Below are positions 9,084 to 17,079 of a stretch of DNA of 31,102 bases, piece by piece. The DNA is from Candidatus Aenigmatarchaeota archaeon. GTDB taxonomy: Archaea > Nanobdellota > Nanobdellia > Woesearchaeales > ARS49. Made by a program: the position numbers and the translations under genes. The DNA lies in the NCBI GenBank assembly GCA_016198725.1, contig JACQIC010000078.1:1-31102 (forward strand), written 5' to 3'. Position 1 is the stretch's first letter, and each line of letters opens with the position of its first letter. The notes under the pieces were generated by a model. The model ran no database searches and had not been told where the DNA came from. It saw nothing but the letters and a program-made list of their open reading frames with translations.

Positions 9084-10655
9084 ATGAAACGCGTTCTTTT
9101 TATTTATCCATCTTCCTCGCCAGACTTGCCGAATAATGAGGTTGATTTTTCAAGATACAAAAGCGTTCCTGTTGGTCTTCTGGCAATAGCCACTTACATC
9201 AAAAATAATGGGTATGATGTTCGAGTCATTGATGGGCGGGCGTACACAAAAGCTCAGGTCCGTGAATGGGTTGAGCAGGAAATCAAAAACCCTGAACTGT
9301 TGATGGTGTGTGTTTCCCTGACAACCATACAACTTAAGCATGGACTGCAGTTGTGCGATATGATAAAGGAAAAAAGAAAAGAGCTTCCGATTGTTTTTGG
9401 GGGAATACACCCTATTATGTTTCCGTATCAGACAATTATGGATTCTGCTGCGGATTATGTCGTGTATGGTGAAGGTGAATACGCGTTGCGTGACATTCTC
9501 TCGTATGTACAGACGGGAGCGCCAAAACTTGACAGCATAAAAGGAATCATGTATAAGAAACAAGGCAAGCCGGTCATGACTCCGGTGCAACCGGGCATTG
9601 ACATCAACGACGTGCCTGATCCGGATTATGACCTTCTTGAAATAGAAAAGTACATTGAGAGGGAATTTATCACCAACCTTGGCAAGACAAAAAAAATGCG
9701 CGCAATGGACATTTCAACAAGCAGAGGGTGTCCGTATCGGTGCAATTTTTGCACAAATACGATGGATGTGTTCAAACGTTACAGGCCGCTTGCGCTTGAC
9801 AGAGTTTTCAAACTCATTGACTTGTGCGTTGTCAAATACAGGGTTAACCACATTTGGTTTAATGACGACTTGTTTTTCGTGCACAAAAAAAGACTGCAGG
9901 ATATTGCCAATTATATAATTGAAAAGGGGTACTTGCTCAGTTGGGAATCAAATGCGCGTGTTGACCAGTTTAGAGATGGGTTTTTGGATGATGACCTGCT
10001 TGCTTTGCTCAAGAAAAGCGGGTGTTTCGCGTTAAGGATGGGTATGGAATCAGGAAGCAATAGAGTACTTGAACTGATGAAAAAAGACTCAACAGTGGAT
10101 GACATCATCCATGCGGTCAGCCAGTGTGAAAAACACGGCATCATCGCAATAGGGAACTTCATTTGCGGTTTTCCGACAGAAACAAAAGAGGAAGTGCTTG
10201 CTACTGGCAGACTGATTTTGAAGCTTAAAGAAATTTCTCCAAATGGCATGTTTTTTTCGCCTGGTGTCCTGAGACCTTACCCTGGCACTGAAATGTATGC
10301 GATGTGCAAAGAATATGGTTTCAAAGAGCCGAATACGCTTCGTGAATGGGCAAGCCAAAAAGAAGGAAACTGGTTTTTTGTAGAAACAAAAGATCTTCCT
10401 TGGATAAAAGAGCCGGAATGGCTTGAAAATTTCCAAGTATTTTTTTATATTCTGACTGTTTACAAAACGCATCTTTTGTTGAACCAGCCATTATCATTAC
10501 CATGGCGCATAATGGGCAAAATAGCTCAATGGAGGTTTGAACGAGACTTGTGGAGTTTCAGCATTGAGCCAAGCATGCTTTTGAAACTGAAAAAGATATT
10601 GGATGGCGATTCACTGCTCGGTAAGTTGTTAAAAAAAATAGTGTACTACGTTTAA
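9084..10655 (+). CDS. B12-binding-domain radical SAM protein (class B methyltransferase-like)
   Basis: N-terminal cobalamin-type domain (PVGLLAIA, IVFGGIHP, YGEGE), STSRGCPYRCNFC (CxxxCxxC), DDLF, GMESGS, FICGFPTET, LRPYPGT. TTTATAAG at 9053-9060. Confidence 0.9.
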   Translation: MKRVLFIYPSSSPDLPNNEVDFSRYKSVPVGLLAIATYIKNNGYDVRVIDGRAYTKAQVREWVEQEIKNPELLMVCVSLTTIQLKHGLQLCDMIKEKRKELPIVFGGIHPIMFPYQTIMDSAADYVVYGEGEYALRDILSYVQTGAPKLDSIKGIMYKKQGKPVMTPVQPGIDINDVPDPDYDLLEIEKYIEREFITNLGKTKKMRAMDISTSRGCPYRCNFCTNTMDVFKRYRPLALDRVFKLIDLCVVKYRVNHIWFNDDLFFVHKKRLQDIANYIIEKGYLLSWESNARVDQFRDGFLDDDLLALLKKSGCFALRMGMESGSNRVLELMKKDSTVDDIIHAVSQCEKHGIIAIGNFICGFPTETKEEVLATGRLILKLKEISPNGMFFSPGVLRPYPGTEMYAMCKEYGFKEPNTLREWASQKEGNWFFVETKDLPWIKEPEWLENFQVFFYILTVYKTHLLLNQPLSLPWRIMGKIAQWRFERDLWSFSIEPSMLLKLKKILDGDSLLGKLLKKIVYYV

Positions 10656-10658
10656 TTT

Positions 10659-12317
10659 ATGGTGCGGGCATTATTTGTGTTTGCAGTCTTTCTCGCATTC
10701 ACTGTCAATCTTATAACAAGTGCAGTCTTCACGCCAATGACTTATGATGAGCCGTTGCACATTGCTTCTGGCTATACAAAATTTTGGCTGGGTGACTTTC
10801 GTATGAACACTGAGCAGCCGCCGCTTGCGCATTACGTGCAGGGATTGATGGTTAGTTTTGCCAAGCCGTCTTTGAATCTTAACCATTCAAGTTGGACTGA
10901 AAAAAACATGACGCAGTTCAGCCAAAGATTCTTTTTCACAGACAACACGGTGCCTGACACTTTTCTTTTTCTTGGACGAATTCCAAGCATTCTCTTTGCT
11001 CTCTTGCTTGCGGTCGTTGTTTATTTTTTTGCTGCAGAACTCTACGGTTATTGGGCGGGCATATTGAGCATTGCACTGTTGAGCTTTGAGCCGAACATAA
11101 TTGGACATGGCAGTGTGGCAACAACAGACATGGCATTCACATCATTGATGCTTATTACCATATACTGTTTGTGGAAGTATGCGCAAAAACCTGCAATGAA
11201 GCAATTAATGTGGTTTGCGATTTCGTTTGGCTTGTTGCAGCTGACAAAGTATACTGCAATACTAACTGCACCAATATTTTTTGTGCTGATTTTGGCAGTT
11301 GTATTATTGCAGAAAAGAAAACTTTTCACGTTGGCAAAAAATGCAGTTGCAGGTATTTTCATTACGGCATTAGTTGCATGGATTATAATTAACGCCGCCT
11401 ATTTTTTCAGCGGAACAGGAACTTCGATTGGTTCTGCGATGAATGTGGATGAGCATCTTGATGAACAGTACGCGCCTCAAAAAATTTTATCAAACTTGCC
11501 GGATTGGATTGTTTACTCGCTTCCAAATCCGCTTCCTTACCCGTATGTCAAAGGTCTTGGATTTGTGATGTTTGAAAGCAAAAGCTCCATTCGAGTAAAA
11601 TTGTTCAATGTTGTGAGCGTGAAGGGATTCAGAAGTTATTACTTGTTTGCATTTTTGTTTAAAACACCGCTTGCACTTATTGCGCTTTTCACTATTTCGC
11701 TGTTTATTCTGTTTAGAAATATGTTATTTAAAAAAATGGCCAGTGCTGAACTGATAATTCTGATTTTCGTGATTTTCTTTTTTACTGCATTCTCGTTTAC
11801 ATCCAAACAGATTGGGATACGCCACATATTGCCAGTTTATCCGCTGTTCATTATCCTTGCAGGAAAACTTTCAGGAATTAAAACAATGAAGTGGGTGATT
11901 ATTATACTTGTTGCGCTCAATGTGCTGAGCGGCGTTAGTAGTCTTCCAAAACCACTCTCATACTACAATGAAATAATTGGAGCTGAGAACGGGTGGAAAG
12001 TATTTGCAGACTCCAATACTGACTGGGGGTTTGACTTTGATGAACTATTAAAATACTTAGCTGAAAAAAACATGACAACTGCGTCAATGAAAATACTGAC
12101 CACTCAAGATTTTGCGTTTTACAACATACTCGCGAGAAGCGTGCCTATTGTCTGCGAACGAGGAATACACCTGGCATCTGTACACGCAGTTTATCTTAAC
12201 GGAGCGCAATGGCTGTCAAGTTATTCTCCAACAGAACAAATAGGAACTTCGATATTTGCATACAATATCAGCAGCTGCAGTACACCGGCTGTGGCGCACC
12301 TACAGTTTAATAAATAA
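10659..12317 (+). CDS. GT-C membrane glycosyltransferase (GT39/PMT-like)
   Basis: MTYDEPLHIASG, NTEQPPL, RIPSILF, EPNIIGHG..ATTD, LTKYTA, IGIRHILP, DSNTDWG. Confidence 0.85.
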   Translation: MVRALFVFAVFLAFTVNLITSAVFTPMTYDEPLHIASGYTKFWLGDFRMNTEQPPLAHYVQGLMVSFAKPSLNLNHSSWTEKNMTQFSQRFFFTDNTVPDTFLFLGRIPSILFALLLAVVVYFFAAELYGYWAGILSIALLSFEPNIIGHGSVATTDMAFTSLMLITIYCLWKYAQKPAMKQLMWFAISFGLLQLTKYTAILTAPIFFVLILAVVLLQKRKLFTLAKNAVAGIFITALVAWIIINAAYFFSGTGTSIGSAMNVDEHLDEQYAPQKILSNLPDWIVYSLPNPLPYPYVKGLGFVMFESKSSIRVKLFNVVSVKGFRSYYLFAFLFKTPLALIALFTISLFILFRNMLFKKMASAELIILIFVIFFFTAFSFTSKQIGIRHILPVYPLFIILAGKLSGIKTMKWVIIILVALNVLSGVSSLPKPLSYYNEIIGAENGWKVFADSNTDWGFDFDELLKYLAEKNMTTASMKILTTQDFAFYNILARSVPIVCERGIHLASVHAVYLNGAQWLSSYSPTEQIGTSIFAYNISSCSTPAVAHLQFNK

Positions 12318-12337
12318 AACAACTTATTTGAAATAAA

Positions 12338-13051
12338 ATGCCTGCACTTTCAGTTATAATTCCAGCATACAATGAAGAGCAGAGGCTGCCATCCACTATC
12401 AAGGAAATAAAAGCTTATCTTGACAGCAAAAAATACGATTATGAAATCATTGTTGTTGATGATGGCAGTAACGACAACTCAGTGGGTGTGGTTAAACAAC
12501 TTAATCTTTCAAAAGTAAAACTGCTTGTTCATGAAATTAACAGAGGAAAGGGGGCGGCTGTAAAAACAGGTATGCTTGCCGGAAAAGGTGAGTATTTGCT
12601 GTTCACAGACGCAGATCACTCCACTCCAATCGAAGAATTGGAGAAATTCATGCAGTACATAAAACAATACGACATAATAATCGGAAGCAGAAGCATCAAA
12701 GGTGCAAAGCTGGAAAAAAGACAGCCGTTGTATAGAATGTTCATTGGAAAAATCTTCAACAAACTAGTAAGGCTAATAACAGTAAAAGGGCTGATAGATA
12801 CGCAGTGCGGGTTTAAGCTGTTTACTGGAAAATGTGCGCGCCAAATTTTTGCCAAACAAACACTCGACAGGTGGAGTTTTGATGTTGAAATACTGTATAT
12901 TGCAAGAAAATACGGCTACAAAATTCTTGAATTGCCAGTCAGATGGGTGAACAGGCGGGAAAGCAGGGTTGACCCTTTGAAAGACTCGTTGCGGATGCTC
13001 CGCGACCTTTTCGTTATTCGCTGGAATGATGTGCGAGGCAGGTATGATTAA
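12338..13051 (+). CDS. dolichyl-phosphate beta-glucosyltransferase-like GT2 (ALG5/DPG synthase-like)
   Basis: LSVIIPAYNEEQRL, IVVDDGSND, NRGKGAAVKTG, LFTDAD, DTQCGFKLF, WSFDVEIL, ELPVRW. Confidence 0.9.
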   Translation: MPALSVIIPAYNEEQRLPSTIKEIKAYLDSKKYDYEIIVVDDGSNDNSVGVVKQLNLSKVKLLVHEINRGKGAAVKTGMLAGKGEYLLFTDADHSTPIEELEKFMQYIKQYDIIIGSRSIKGAKLEKRQPLYRMFIGKIFNKLVRLITVKGLIDTQCGFKLFTGKCARQIFAKQTLDRWSFDVEILYIARKYGYKILELPVRWVNRRESRVDPLKDSLRMLRDLFVIRWNDVRGRYD

Positions 13052-14750
13052 CGAGAATAAAATATTTCTTATCTTCATTTTTGTTATTGCGTACTTGCAG
13101 TGGGGTTTGTTTGCAGATTTTCAGCACATTCCAGGACCAGTATTTGGAGGAGACCTTTACAGGGAAAGAGGATTTGTGCAGCACATATTAAATGGAGAGC
13201 CGTATTGGCAGGATCCTTATTTCGCAGGAGAGCTCGAGTTTTATCCTCCGATAGGATATGTTCTTGCCGCGAAAACAGTCCAGATGACTGGATGGGATGT
13301 TGAAACAGTGCTTAATTATTTTCCAATTCCTGTATTTATTCTGACTGCACTTTCTTATTATTATCTTGGACAGGTTTTTTTTAACAAAACTTTTGCTTTG
13401 TTGCTTGTTGGTGTTGTTGCAACATTTCAGCTTGTTATTCCAAAACATACTCTTGGGATTGCAATGGCGTTCAGCGTGTTAAGCCTTGCTTTCTATGCAG
13501 CTAATCTCAAGGTTTTTTCACGCAAAAAACAAATACTTTCTGGATTATTTCTTGGCTTGACAGGGCTTACTCATTATTCTGCATTTCTTATTACTGCAAT
13601 GATTCTTTCCATTGGCGCGCTTCTTGAAATTGCTTACAGGATTAAAACTGAAAAAAAAATAAGCGTGTTATCTGAGTTTGCAAACAAGCTTGTAATTATA
13701 GTTATAATGGGACTTGCAATGGCATCTTTCTTTATTTATCCTCTTTATGTAAAGTACGGGCTTGCCACACCAAACCAGACACAAATCTATTCCTTATTCA
13801 ATCCATATGCGCACGGAATTGAATGGGTCATAGGACAGTTTTGGAATACTTTATTCCCTGACAACATACTCAGATGGCTATTTGGAGCAATGGCAGTATT
13901 GGGCATTTGGGCATGCACGGTTCAAAGAAAAAAACAAGAACAGCGCACTGCTTTATTTTGGATGATTGCAGTGATTATAGGAACAAGCCATTACGTAATC
14001 ACAATCCCGCTTTTCAGGACAAGTGTTGTTCCTCCGCATTTATGGGCGGGAATGAATATTCCTTTTTCTTTAATGATTATTTTCGGTCTGAGAACATTAA
14101 CAAAAACTCTTGAACTGAAAACAGGCAAGCCGCAATTAACATATTTGGCAGGTTTTGCTGTTCTGATTATTCTGCCGCTTATATACCAGCAGTATACCAA
14201 TTATAACGCAGATAGGTGGGTGCAGTATGGAAAAACAATGGACCCGTCAACGCAAGCATTTTACGATGTTGGCAAATGGATAATGCAAAACACGGGAACA
14301 AATGAAGTATTTCTGGCGCATGACGAGAGCAGTTTTGCAATTAATGCTCTTACGGGGCGCAAGCTTGTGATGGTAAGAAGAACTCACGCAAGCCCTTATG
14401 TTGATGTGGACAAGAGATACGCAGATTCATTTGTAATGCTTTACGGCACAAATAAAACAAAAATTTCTGAACTGATGAAAGAGTACAACGTGAAGTATTT
14501 GTATGCAGACAGATTCATGATGGACACACCAATGGCAACTGCCGCAAAGTATGCAGATTATCTGCGGCAGCATGGCGTGAATTTTACTGTTGGCAAATCA
14601 AGATATGACCCTGCAAGTACTGACACTCCACTGTATGATGTTGTTGCAGTGCAGGGAATGCCGCAGGCAATTTTGAATTTAAGCACAGAAGTTCAGCAGT
14701 TTGCTGCAGGACAGCAAATGTATGCGATGATTTATAAGTTCGAACAGTAG
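13044..14750 (+). CDS. GT-C-like polytopic membrane protein (putative polyprenyl-phosphate-sugar transferase)
   Basis: N-terminal TM then PGPVFGGDLY..RGF, FYPPIGY, GLTGLTHY; about 11-13 TM and a soluble C-terminal domain. Start at ATG 13044 overlaps the upstream stop. Confidence 0.6.
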   Translation: MINENKIFLIFIFVIAYLQWGLFADFQHIPGPVFGGDLYRERGFVQHILNGEPYWQDPYFAGELEFYPPIGYVLAAKTVQMTGWDVETVLNYFPIPVFILTALSYYYLGQVFFNKTFALLLVGVVATFQLVIPKHTLGIAMAFSVLSLAFYAANLKVFSRKKQILSGLFLGLTGLTHYSAFLITAMILSIGALLEIAYRIKTEKKISVLSEFANKLVIIVIMGLAMASFFIYPLYVKYGLATPNQTQIYSLFNPYAHGIEWVIGQFWNTLFPDNILRWLFGAMAVLGIWACTVQRKKQEQRTALFWMIAVIIGTSHYVITIPLFRTSVVPPHLWAGMNIPFSLMIIFGLRTLTKTLELKTGKPQLTYLAGFAVLIILPLIYQQYTNYNADRWVQYGKTMDPSTQAFYDVGKWIMQNTGTNEVFLAHDESSFAINALTGRKLVMVRRTHASPYVDVDKRYADSFVMLYGTNKTKISELMKEYNVKYLYADRFMMDTPMATAAKYADYLRQHGVNFTVGKSRYDPASTDTPLYDVVAVQGMPQAILNLSTEVQQFAAGQQMYAMIYKFEQ

Positions 14751-14764
14751 GGTATTGATTATTC

Positions 14765-15835
14765 TTAGGGTGTCTTCTGGAGTTCGTATTCTATTTGTTG
14801 TTGAAATCTTTCTCTGAGCTTGTACGTATTTCCGTGCAGGGCATATGCGTTCCAGCCTTGCAATACTTCAAGAACGTCCCATGCAGAAATAATTCCACAT
14901 TTATAATCAGCCAGTAATGCATCAAGTCTTGCGCGTATTTTTTTGAAATTGCGTGTTCTGACAAGTTTGTACTGGTAAAAAATGCGAAAACCAAGAAAGC
15001 TAACACCACGTCCCAATGGAATGATTTTGCATTTTGTAGGGTGGAGTTTGATTTTTAATGTCTTAATAAATTCCGTGATTTTTCTTTCATGTTCTTGTAA
15101 AGCTTTTTTTGAACGGTGGAGTATGACAAAGTCATCAACGTATCGAATATAGTATTTTGCTCGTAAGGTGTGTTTCACGAATTGGTCGAGCTCGTTCAAG
15201 TACACGTTTGCAAAGAACTGGCTCGTCCAGTTCCCCAGAGGCATGCCTTTGCCCGGAGTTCCTGAATCATAATTTTTAAGAACGCGCTGGACAAGCCAAA
15301 GAACGTATTCATCTTTTACGCGTTTTTTGATTATGCCGAGCAAAACAGCATGATCTACGGTTTCGAAATAGTGCCTGATGTCTGCTTTAAAGACGAAACA
15401 TTGAACAAAGTTTTTGTTTTGCGCACCGGCAACTTGTTTGCCATTTTGCGTTACTTTGCGCTTGAATTCATCAAAACGCTGAATAGCAGGAAGTGTGCCC
15501 TTTCCTGCACGACTTGCATAACTATCATAGATGAATAAAGGTTCAAAGATTGGCTTCAGGATGTTGACGAGAGCGTGATGAATGATGCGGTCTCGAAATT
15601 CGCTCACACAAATAACTCGTGTCTTTGGATCACGCAAAACAAATTTTCTTAAGGCGCGAGGTTTGTAAGTTTGTGTGCGCAATTCTTTTAGTAGATTGCA
15701 CAAATGAAGCTGCCAATGTTTATTGAATTCAATCATACAAGGATTGCCGAGCTTGCCTTGTTTTGCTTGTTCGTATGCGTGCTCAAGACTCTCAAAAGTG
15801 CATATGTTTTTCCAAAGATGGTTGTACGTTTTCAT
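14765..15835 (-). CDS. DGR-class reverse transcriptase
   Basis: PKTRVI..SEFRDRIIHHAL, FIYDSYASRAGKG, KADIRHYFETVDH, GMPLGNWTSQFFANVYLNELD (SQ motif typical of DGR RTs), YIRYVDD, FLGF. 356 aa with no maturase or endonuclease extension. Confidence 0.95.
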   Translation of the reverse strand: MKTYNHLWKNICTFESLEHAYEQAKQGKLGNPCMIEFNKHWQLHLCNLLKELRTQTYKPRALRKFVLRDPKTRVICVSEFRDRIIHHALVNILKPIFEPLFIYDSYASRAGKGTLPAIQRFDEFKRKVTQNGKQVAGAQNKNFVQCFVFKADIRHYFETVDHAVLLGIIKKRVKDEYVLWLVQRVLKNYDSGTPGKGMPLGNWTSQFFANVYLNELDQFVKHTLRAKYYIRYVDDFVILHRSKKALQEHERKITEFIKTLKIKLHPTKCKIIPLGRGVSFLGFRIFYQYKLVRTRNFKKIRARLDALLADYKCGIISAWDVLEVLQGWNAYALHGNTYKLRERFQQQIEYELQKTP

Positions 15836-15848
15836 CCAAATTAAAAGT

Positions 15849-16162
15849 CCTCGTAGCCGCTATTGACAATTGCGCTAAGGGTTAACCATTCAGAGAGCAG
15901 GCCAACTGTTGTTGATGTTGTCGTTGGCATTGATGTTGAACCTGTCGTTGTTGTTGATGTTCAACACCACGGCCCGCTCAGTAGCCCTGCCATCTCTTTG
16001 GCGTCACTGCCGTTTCAAACGTTCGCTCTGTTTTGAGGTACTGGCTGTCACGGCTGTATTTCATGGCAATGCCGCAAGCGCAGACTCTTGCCTTGATGGC
16101 AGGACGTGTGGTCTCCCTCTTGTCAAGACGCAGGTCATGCGTTATATGACAGCTACGAGGGC
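15849..16162 (-). ncRNA. putative structured DGR template RNA (5' leader + TR + spacer)
   Basis: TATA box at 16192-16183 and three mutually compatible long-range helices (16160-16149/15860-15849; 16126-16120/15869-15863; 16103-16095/15994-15986). Ends are inferred. Confidence 0.6.
15885..15984 (-). repeat. DGR template repeat (TR)
   Basis: Minus strand reads ...GTGTTG AAC ATC AAC AAC AAC GAC AGG TTC AAC ATC AAT GCC AAC GAC AAC ATC AAC AAC AGT TGG CCT GCT CTC TGA ATG GT, with 10 AAY codons. It aligns ungapped to 16247-16346. Confidence 0.95.
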
Positions 16163-16182
16163 GATAAAAACTCAAATACATT

Positions 16183-16192
16183 CATATAAAAA
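16183..16192 (-). promoter_or_regulatory. TATA box for the TR-RT transcript
   Basis: TTTTTATATG on the minus strand, about 23-32 nt upstream of the first leader helix at 16160. Confidence 0.55.
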
Positions 16193-16224
16193 TTTAGTGA
16201 ACGTGACATTCATTTTTGTCGCCA

Positions 16225-17079
16225 TCAATTTTTCGGCGCGCCGACGACCACCCAGAGAGCAGGCCAACTGAGGTTGATGTAGCCGCAGGCATCGATGTAG
16301 AACCAGTCGCTGTCGTTGATGTACAACACCACGGCCCGCTCAGTAGATCTTGTGTTCAAAGCTGGAGCCCAAACTCTTACTTCTCTAAGTTCTCCATCAG
16401 AACAAGGTTTTGACAAGTATTGGAACACTGCGCCAGCTTCTTCATATCCTTCTCCAAACAATGCTTGCAATAATGGCTTGGCATTTTCAGGAATTTGTTC
16501 AACAGTGCCATGCTTTGAAGAAGATTGTTTTTTGGCCAATAGAATGTAGGCACATGAATCAGCAGAAGTTTGTTTGGTGAACTCTGGGACTTGCAAGGTT
16601 TCAGTACGTAACTGTCCATCAATGTCGCGATAAGAAAGTGTTGCTTCTGCACTATTTTCTGTTGGCACTTTATATTCGATTTTCATTCCAGTGTGAATAA
16701 CATATTGATTAAAAATATCTCGCAGCTTATCACGACATGCCACTACCTCTTTAGTTTGGTCCGAATGCATCAAATGACGAACAACCTGATAAAAAATCTT
16801 CAAGTTCATGACCACTTTTCCAGATTCTTGCTGATAAGCCTGCCATCCTGACACATTATTGCTCACAATATTATTGTTGTCTTTAATTACATTAGGAACG
16901 AGTTTTGCATTAATACTACTGCCGTTGTAAGCCAAATTTTGGAAAAAGTATTCACCATTCTGACACTCGACATTTACTTTGTCAAAGCTAAAAAGTATTT
17001 TCTCCAAGTCTTTCAGTTCATCAGTAAAAACTCTAATGGTTTGCCCAAAAAGTCTGAGTTCAGGATTAAGCTCTGACAT
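16225..17079 (-). CDS. DGR target protein with C-terminal variable region (probably C-type-lectin fold), 284 aa
   Basis: VR encodes ERAVVLYINDSDWFYIDACGYINLSWPALWV at the extreme C-terminus. ATG 17079 is preceded by GGAGG and overlaps the upstream ORF end. CLec fold is inferred from known DGR targets. Confidence 0.88.
   Translation of the reverse strand: MSELNPELRLFGQTIRVFTDELKDLEKILFSFDKVNVECQNGEYFFQNLAYNGSSINAKLVPNVIKDNNNIVSNNVSGWQAYQQESGKVVMNLKIFYQVVRHLMHSDQTKEVVACRDKLRDIFNQYVIHTGMKIEYKVPTENSAEATLSYRDIDGQLRTETLQVPEFTKQTSADSCAYILLAKKQSSSKHGTVEQIPENAKPLLQALFGEGYEEAGAVFQYLSKPCSDGELREVRVWAPALNTRSTERAVVLYINDSDWFYIDACGYINLSWPALWVVVGAPKN
16233..16244. other. GC-rich palindrome just 3' of VR (candidate retrohoming hairpin/cruciform)
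   Basis: TCGGCGCGCCGA is a perfect 12-bp palindrome 2 nt after the end of TR/VR homology and is absent after TR. Confidence 0.6.
16247..16346 (-). repeat. DGR variable repeat (VR)
   Basis: Offset +362 from TR. 12 core mismatches (6 A>T, 5 A>G, 1 A>C) change 10 codons; 2 further A>G at the 3' end (TGAAT vs TGGGT). Confidence 0.95.

Larger units (their letters stand above)
14765..17079 (-). mobile_element. diversity-generating retroelement cassette: target (VR) - leader - TR - RT
   Basis: 100-bp TR/VR pair with all 14 mismatches at TR adenines, adjacent to a DGR-class RT. Confidence 0.95.

Noticed and set aside
14765-15835. RT as a group II intron or retron enzyme
   Set aside because: It has the SQ motif rather than SP, no domain X/En extension, no VTG retron motif, and an adjacent adenine-specific TR/VR pair.
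15871-16082. Fourth leader-spacer helix UGCGCU (16082-16077) with AGCGCA (15876-15871)
   Set aside because: Only 6 bp and it crosses the stronger 9-bp helix. It could be a pseudoknot or alternative fold but is not distinguishable from chance.
15978-16181. 67-aa minus-strand ORF as the DGR accessory gene avd
   Set aside because: About half the usual Avd length with no four-helix-bundle pattern, and its start lies upstream of the predicted transcript start. The region is better explained as structured RNA.
15909-16413. Plus-strand ORFs 15909..16271 and 16216..16413
   Set aside because: Antisense shadows of TR/VR; the L/M/V-rich text results from reversed AAC/ATC codons.
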